Shown here in pieces: positions 7,606 through 12,236 of a stretch of 12,236 nt of DNA. The translations under genes were made by a program, and so were the position numbers. Every line of letters starts with the position of its first letter. The first letter of the stretch is position 1. Location of the stretch: positions 1 through 12,236 of the forward strand of contig CAXBPH010000208.1 in the NCBI GenBank assembly GCA_963977445.1, in the 5' to 3' direction. This DNA is from an uncultured bacterium. GTDB taxonomy: Bacteria; Hydrogenedentota; Hydrogenedentia; Hydrogenedentales; JAEUWI01. The notes below the pieces were generated by a model. It was not told the origin of the DNA, did not search any database, and saw only the letters and a list, made by a program, of their open reading frames with translations.

Positions 7606-8976
7606 ATGGGACATACGATTCTTATAACCGAAGATGACCACGTACAGCGGGAAATCATCGACGACATCCTGACCCAGTCCGGCTACGATGTAACGACGAG
7701 TGATTCGGCCGAGCGTACCCTGGAAATTCTGAAAGACGAGACCTTCGATCTGGTCCTCACCGATATGCGTATGCCCGGTATGGACGGCCTCGAATTGCTC
7801 CGTCACGCCAAGCGTCTCCGCCCGGAAATTGAGGTGGTGGTCATGACGGCCCACGCCACGATTCGCACGGCAGTAACGGCGATGAAGGAAGGGGCGATTG
7901 ACTATCTGGAGAAGCCCTTTGACAAAGACGAGCTGCTCCATGTGATCAACCGCGCCCTAGAGCGCACCGTCCTCCGCAAGGAGAACGAACAGCTCCGCGC
8001 CCTGGTAAAAAAAAGCGCTTCCCTCGGGAATGTGATTGGGGACAGTCCCGCCATGCAGGCGGTCTTCGAGCGGACTGCGCGGGCCGCCCGGGTCAACAGC
8101 ACGGTGCTTATTCTCGGGGAATCGGGCACGGGTAAGGAAATGATCGCCCGGCACATTCATTTCGAAGGGAATCGACAGAAGAAACCTTTCGTCGTGGTGA
8201 ACTGTGCGGCCATCCCCGACAATCTCGTAGAATCGGAACTCTTCGGCCACGAAAAAGGTGCCTTTACCGGTGCCGATGCCAGCCGTCCGGGGAAATTTGA
8301 AGATGCCAATGGCGGTACCCTTTTCCTCGATGAAATCGGCGACATGCAATTGGAATCCCAGGCCAAGCTCTTGCGCGTCCTGCAGGACGGCGTGGTGGAG
8401 CGTGTGGGGAGCAGCAAGACCCGCCAGGTGGATGTGCGGGTCATCGCCGCCACCAACCGCGACCTCCGTGAGCGGGTCGAGCGGGGAGAGTTTCGCGAGG
8501 ACCTCTATTTCCGCCTGGAAGTCCTGCCTGTCAATCTGCCGCCCCTCCGGGAGCGTATCGAAGACCTGCCCCATCTGGTGAAGCATTTCCGCACGAAGTT
8601 GAGCCAGAAAATTGGTCTCGATGCCCCCCAGCTCGGGCCCGATGTGCTGGATGCCTTCCGCCGCTATCGCTGGCCCGGTAATGTTCGTGAATTGGAACAT
8701 ACCCTGGAGCAGCTCTACATCCTCGCGGATGACGATGTTATTACGGCGACGAGTCTGCCCGAAAAGTTTCAGGAACGTCCCGAACTTGCGGGCGAAGTGG
8801 GCCTGCCCCCCGGTGGCCTCTCCCTCGAAGAATTGGAGCAGGATCTCATCCGTCAGGCCCTCGAACGGAGTGGCGGTCGGATTAAAGAGGCCGCCGAACT
8901 CCTGGGACTCAGCTACAAGACCTTGCAATACCGTCTGAAGAAACATGAAATCGACCGCAAGGCCACGGATAATTAA
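7606..8976 (+). CDS. Sigma54-dependent response regulator (REC-AAA+-Fis HTH; NtrC/AtoC/ZraR family)
   Basis: REC domain (EDD, TDMRMPGMDG, MTA, KPF), Walker A GESGTGKE, ESELFGHEKGAFTGA, Walker B FLDEIG, FREDLYFRL, WPGNVREL and the HTH AAELLGLS..TL.YRLKK. GGAG RBS; starts 10 bp after the kinase stop. Confidence 0.96.
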   Translation: MGHTILITEDDHVQREIIDDILTQSGYDVTTSDSAERTLEILKDETFDLVLTDMRMPGMDGLELLRHAKRLRPEIEVVVMTAHATIRTAVTAMKEGAIDYLEKPFDKDELLHVINRALERTVLRKENEQLRALVKKSASLGNVIGDSPAMQAVFERTARAARVNSTVLILGESGTGKEMIARHIHFEGNRQKKPFVVVNCAAIPDNLVESELFGHEKGAFTGADASRPGKFEDANGGTLFLDEIGDMQLESQAKLLRVLQDGVVERVGSSKTRQVDVRVIAATNRDLRERVERGEFREDLYFRLEVLPVNLPPLRERIEDLPHLVKHFRTKLSQKIGLDAPQLGPDVLDAFRRYRWPGNVRELEHTLEQLYILADDDVITATSLPEKFQERPELAGEVGLPPGGLSLEELEQDLIRQALERSGGRIKEAAELLGLSYKTLQYRLKKHEIDRKATDN

Positions 8977-9008
8977 TTCGGATCAACTCGCTCTGACAAA
9001 AAATTTCA

Positions 9009-9045
9009 TGGGTGCCACGGACAAGCCCGCAAGGGCTTGCCCGTG
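9009..9045. repeat. REP-like palindrome, copy 2, between convergent genes (possible terminator or 3' stabiliser)
   Basis: tgggtgccacggacaagccc-gcaa-gggcttgcccgtg. The first 20 bp and last 13 bp are identical to the copy at 1987-2022; only the loop differs. Confidence 0.8.
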
Positions 9046-9063
9046 TAAGACACCACGAAACGT

Positions 9064-11673
9064 CTATTGCTTCATCAACCAGGCTTCCGAGACCAGGGTG
9101 CCCCAGCCGCCGGAGTTGCGCCATTGCTCTACGGCAACCCGGTCACCCCGGGCGACATCGTTACCCCGCTCCAGCCGTATTGTCATGGTGCCATCTTTGG
9201 TGACCGACTGGGGGATGTCGAAGGTAAAGAAGTCACTCATCTGCAAGGGCAATTCCACGTCAGATCCGATAGCCACGTCGTCGGCATAGATGGTCTCCGA
9301 CTTCTGATTCATGCGATCGGCATAGCGCTCCTGAAACCAGGGGCGCACGAGGGTCAGGCGAATCCGGTAGGTGGCGCTGGGGTCGAGGTCACGATATTCC
9401 AGCGTCACGCCCTGATCTTCGTCTTGCGTAAAATGCATGGAGCGCTGGCTGGGGCGATTGCCCTCATCCAGCATGCCGTCCACATAGGGCTGTCCGTGGT
9501 CATAGGGATAGCCGAAGGTCACATTGGGCGCGATGTTGCCCGTGCCCAGGTTGTCATACTGCCCGCCAGGGCCCGCGTCTTCATAATGGGCAATCTGGTT
9601 CAGCAAATCCCGTTTCTCGTCTCCTGAGGCCTTCTGGGCCCGTTCCAGCTGCCGTTGGAGCCAACCCAGGCCGATGTAATCGTGTTCCAGGTTGTAGAGA
9701 CCATCATTACGGCAACCGAAGAGGGCATTGCTCTCTTCACCGAGGCGCAAGGCCTCCTCGCGGAGGGACTTCAGTTCCTTGGTTTCCGTGAGGGTCTCAA
9801 ACAAGGGCAAGACCGAGCCGATGGCCCCATCGAGATCACCCCCGTCCAGCGCGTCCGCTATCTGGACTTCAATGCGGGACTGCAAGGCTACCTGCTGACG
9901 GGCATCCCGTTGAATGTAGGTGTCCAGCAGCCCCTTGGTCATGTATTCCCGCCAGAGCCAGCTGTTTTCCATCCGGTGGGCCGGCATCTTCTCGCCGGCG
10001 GCTTTCACATGGGCCGTGTAGGCGTCGATACTGCTTTTTTCTGGCAAGGGCTCGCCGGGGATTTCTTCCATGTTTCGCTCCAACAGAAACAGGGCGGCGG
10101 CCATGTCGTCGGCGGCTTCGGGCCCAAACCAGGTGCGGCAATATTCGTCCACTACCTCTTCCACCGTCATGCGCGGATTAAACAAAAGGCGCTGCCACAT
10201 CCATTGGTTGAAGTGGTCGTGATGCCCGCTGGAATGGGTAATGTCGCCCACGCCATAGGGCATGAGATCATTGAAGACCCGGTGATAAAAGCGGGGCCAG
10301 GCGTAGAAGGTCAGGCGGTTGTAGACCATGGTAAGGAACTGGTCCGGCTGGCGCTCATAGATGTCATGGCTCCAATGGGGCGGCAGGTCGCCGTTTTTGT
10401 CCGCACGGGGATACATCTGGATATAGGCATGCTGGGCGTATTTCCAGTGGGTGATTTCGTTGTAGTAGACCAGGGCATGACGTCCGGGCATCTGGCGGAT
10501 GATATCTTTGGGATAGAGTCCATAGGGGCCATAACCGGGGTATTGGAAGAGATCCATGCGGTGGGTCTGGCGGTGGCCGGGCTGCCAGCTGGTGGCGTCC
10601 GAACCGGGACCATAGCCCCAGGCCCAGAGCCAGTCGCGGGGTTCTTCGTTGAGATAATCGAAGATGGCGTTGTCGTCGTCGTTCTGAAATTTCTGGTTGG
10701 TGAAATAAATGCGGGTCTCGGGGTGGTATTTGTGGATGACCTCGGCCATGGCTGCCACCGTCTTGATGAAGGTGAGTCCGTAGGGCTTGCAGTCATCGCA
10801 CTCGCAACCACCGCCATCGCCACCGTGAAACTTCACCAGGTCATAGCTGGGGCCATTGCGGAATTCGTCTTCGCACTTCTGCACCATGTAGGCCCGTGCT
10901 TCGGGAATGGAGAGGCAAACATAGCCCTTTCGGCCGATGGACTCCGATGCGGTCCATTCGGGCTTGTCGGCAGGCAGGCCCGTGTTGGGGCCGAAGCCCC
11001 CCTGGGTCATAAGGCCATAGGACTTGATGCGGTCGAACATGGGGCCCCCGTCAACCGAGAAAATGTTGGCACCCGCCAGGGCATAGTCGAGGATGGACCG
11101 CATGGTCTCGTCTTCGGTCCAGGGGCGTACCTTGGCGAGTTTCTGCGCCACCCCACTCTGTCCATACTGGGTGCCACGGATTTCGAAGGCGGGCGCGGTG
11201 CGGACGTGCAGGTCGTCGGGCAGGGTGATGTTGTTGGCATTGAAGGTCGCCCGGCGGAGCAATTCGCCGACGGCATAGAGGCAGCCCCGTTCATCGATGC
11301 CCGCTGCGAGGATGGTGTTGCTATCGGCGAAGGTTTGGAGCAGCAAGCCTTCGGGGCCGGGGGCCAGGGGGCCGAGAGGGGTGATGCGACGGGCCTTTAT
11401 GAGGTCGGCAATGGCCTGGTGATGCTCGGTGATGCCCAAGAGGATGGTTGTGGTGTTGTTGGCGGTCTTTGTTTTCGATGGGCTATTGACCGTTATTTTG
11501 GAGCCCTCACGAAGACGTTCTGCGAGGAGGTCGGCGATGTTTTGCTCAACGGGCGTCGCGTTTTCGCCGATGACGATGTTTATCGTGTCCGTGGTCAGGG
11601 CGAGGGCGTTCGGGCTCAGGCTGATGAGCGTGAACGCGATTACGAGGGCATAAGGGCGGAAATTCACAAACAT
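9064..11673 (-). CDS. Large secreted protein (~869 aa), putative carbohydrate-active enzyme: GH20/GH67-like N-terminal domain, probable barrel with a CxCxxC motif, and a C-terminal beta-sandwich
   Basis: Signal peptide MFVNFRPYALVIAFTLISLSPNALA with GGAGAG upstream of ATG 11673. The segment PEGLLL...ILAAGIDERGCLYAVGELLR...TAPAFEIRG resembles the hexosaminidase/alpha-glucuronidase N-terminal domain. FHGGDGGGCECDDC motif. The C-terminus has alternating beta-strand patterns. The CDS is well supported; the function is inferred. Confidence 0.8.
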   Translation of the reverse strand: MFVNFRPYALVIAFTLISLSPNALALTTDTINIVIGENATPVEQNIADLLAERLREGSKITVNSPSKTKTANNTTTILLGITEHHQAIADLIKARRITPLGPLAPGPEGLLLQTFADSNTILAAGIDERGCLYAVGELLRRATFNANNITLPDDLHVRTAPAFEIRGTQYGQSGVAQKLAKVRPWTEDETMRSILDYALAGANIFSVDGGPMFDRIKSYGLMTQGGFGPNTGLPADKPEWTASESIGRKGYVCLSIPEARAYMVQKCEDEFRNGPSYDLVKFHGGDGGGCECDDCKPYGLTFIKTVAAMAEVIHKYHPETRIYFTNQKFQNDDDNAIFDYLNEEPRDWLWAWGYGPGSDATSWQPGHRQTHRMDLFQYPGYGPYGLYPKDIIRQMPGRHALVYYNEITHWKYAQHAYIQMYPRADKNGDLPPHWSHDIYERQPDQFLTMVYNRLTFYAWPRFYHRVFNDLMPYGVGDITHSSGHHDHFNQWMWQRLLFNPRMTVEEVVDEYCRTWFGPEAADDMAAALFLLERNMEEIPGEPLPEKSSIDAYTAHVKAAGEKMPAHRMENSWLWREYMTKGLLDTYIQRDARQQVALQSRIEVQIADALDGGDLDGAIGSVLPLFETLTETKELKSLREEALRLGEESNALFGCRNDGLYNLEHDYIGLGWLQRQLERAQKASGDEKRDLLNQIAHYEDAGPGGQYDNLGTGNIAPNVTFGYPYDHGQPYVDGMLDEGNRPSQRSMHFTQDEDQGVTLEYRDLDPSATYRIRLTLVRPWFQERYADRMNQKSETIYADDVAIGSDVELPLQMSDFFTFDIPQSVTKDGTMTIRLERGNDVARGDRVAVEQWRNSGGWGTLVSEAWLMKQ

Positions 11674-11760
11674 GACGGGGGTTCTCTCCAAATAATGGGT
11701 GATGAATGACAAGAGAAGCATTGTAGCGCCTGTGGTGGCGTGGGCCAAATCGGGGGAACG

Positions 11761-11925
11761 GGGACTGCATCGGCCCGGTTCGCCCAGTGAACGAAGTGAT
11801 TACGTCGTGGTGCCATGATGATTGTAAATGAAGGGCGGGTGTTCGGGACTGCATCGGCCCGGTTCGCCCGGTGAACGAAGTGATTACGTCGTGGTGCCAA
11901 GGTGATTGTCGATGAAGGGCGGGTG
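11761..11925. repeat. Two tandem copies of an ~81-bp element (84-bp period)
   Basis: 11761-11841 and 11845-11925 are identical at 76/81 positions by hand count. Confidence 0.95.
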
Positions 11926-12182
11926 ATGGAGATCGCCGAGGCTGTCCCCCTGAGGATTGGTCACGTGAGGATTCACACACGAATCGACGTTGTCGGATCG
12001 CGTGGCACGGGGGCTTGCCCGTGGTGGTGTGCCCGTGGTGGCGCTGGGCTTGTCTTCGTGAGTGCCAATGACCCTCAGGGGGACGGCCCCGACGGTTGAA
12101 GTTTGTCTTCGTGGGATGGATTTTTATTTGGCACCCCGTCAACATGTGCGCTTCATGACATGGCGTGGTCGGTGCAGTCCCC

Positions 12183-12236
12183 GGGACTGCATCGGCCCGG
12201 TTCGCCCGGTGAACGAAGTGATTACGTCGTGGTGCC
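12183..12236. repeat. Third copy of the same element, cut by the window end
   Basis: 54/54 identical to 11845-11898. Preceded by an inverted arm at 12167-12180. Confidence 0.95.

Noticed and set aside
9655..11709. 684-aa + strand ORF
   Set aside because: It lies almost entirely antisense to the 869-aa gene, which has the signal peptide, RBS and domain-like motifs. Its V/G/H-rich composition is typical of shadow ORFs.
12003..12018. Sigma54-like site TGGCACG-GGGGC-TTGC
   Set aside because: GG and GC are 11 nt apart rather than the required 10, and the sequence is better explained as a degenerate REP-like hairpin.
11546..12145. 199-aa minus-strand ORF with a repeated WHHDVITSFTGRTGPMQS peptide (also 11664-11900)
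   Set aside because: It arises from the 84-bp repeat period being a multiple of 3. It overlaps the start of the large gene in another frame and lacks protein-like composition.
12159..12231. Hammerhead ribozyme or group II intron domain V
   Set aside because: There is no CUGANGA/GAAA core on either strand and no domain V consensus.
11761..12236. CRISPR array interpretation of the long repeats
   Set aside because: The repeats are 54-81 bp, the sequences following copies 1 and 2 are homologous rather than unique spacers, the spacing is irregular and no cas genes are present.

Overview
GC-rich bacterial chromosomal segment of mixed housekeeping and accessory character. Gene order: two tandem paralogous cyclic-nucleotide-binding (cNMP) proteins (+, the first truncated by the window), a Tat-signal hydroxypyruvate-isomerase-like TIM-barrel enzyme (-), htpG/Hsp90 (-) with an intrinsic terminator, a divergent secreted hypothetical protein (+), an apparent operon of family-4 uracil-DNA glycosylase, a sensor histidine kinase and a sigma54-dependent NtrC-type regulator (+), and a large secreted putative carbohydrate-active protein (-). 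The intergenic DNA is unusually rich in repeats: a REP-like hairpin in 2 full copies and 1 partial copy, two different 9-bp-period tandem repeats, and an ~81-bp element in three copies at the right end whose third copy can fold into a G·U-rich branched structure. I found no transposase, integrase, CRISPR array, tRNA or rRNA. No complete novel system can be demonstrated. The best leads are the right-end repeat element, which runs off the window, and the Cys-motif glycan-enzyme-like protein. All product calls come from motif recognition, not database searches.
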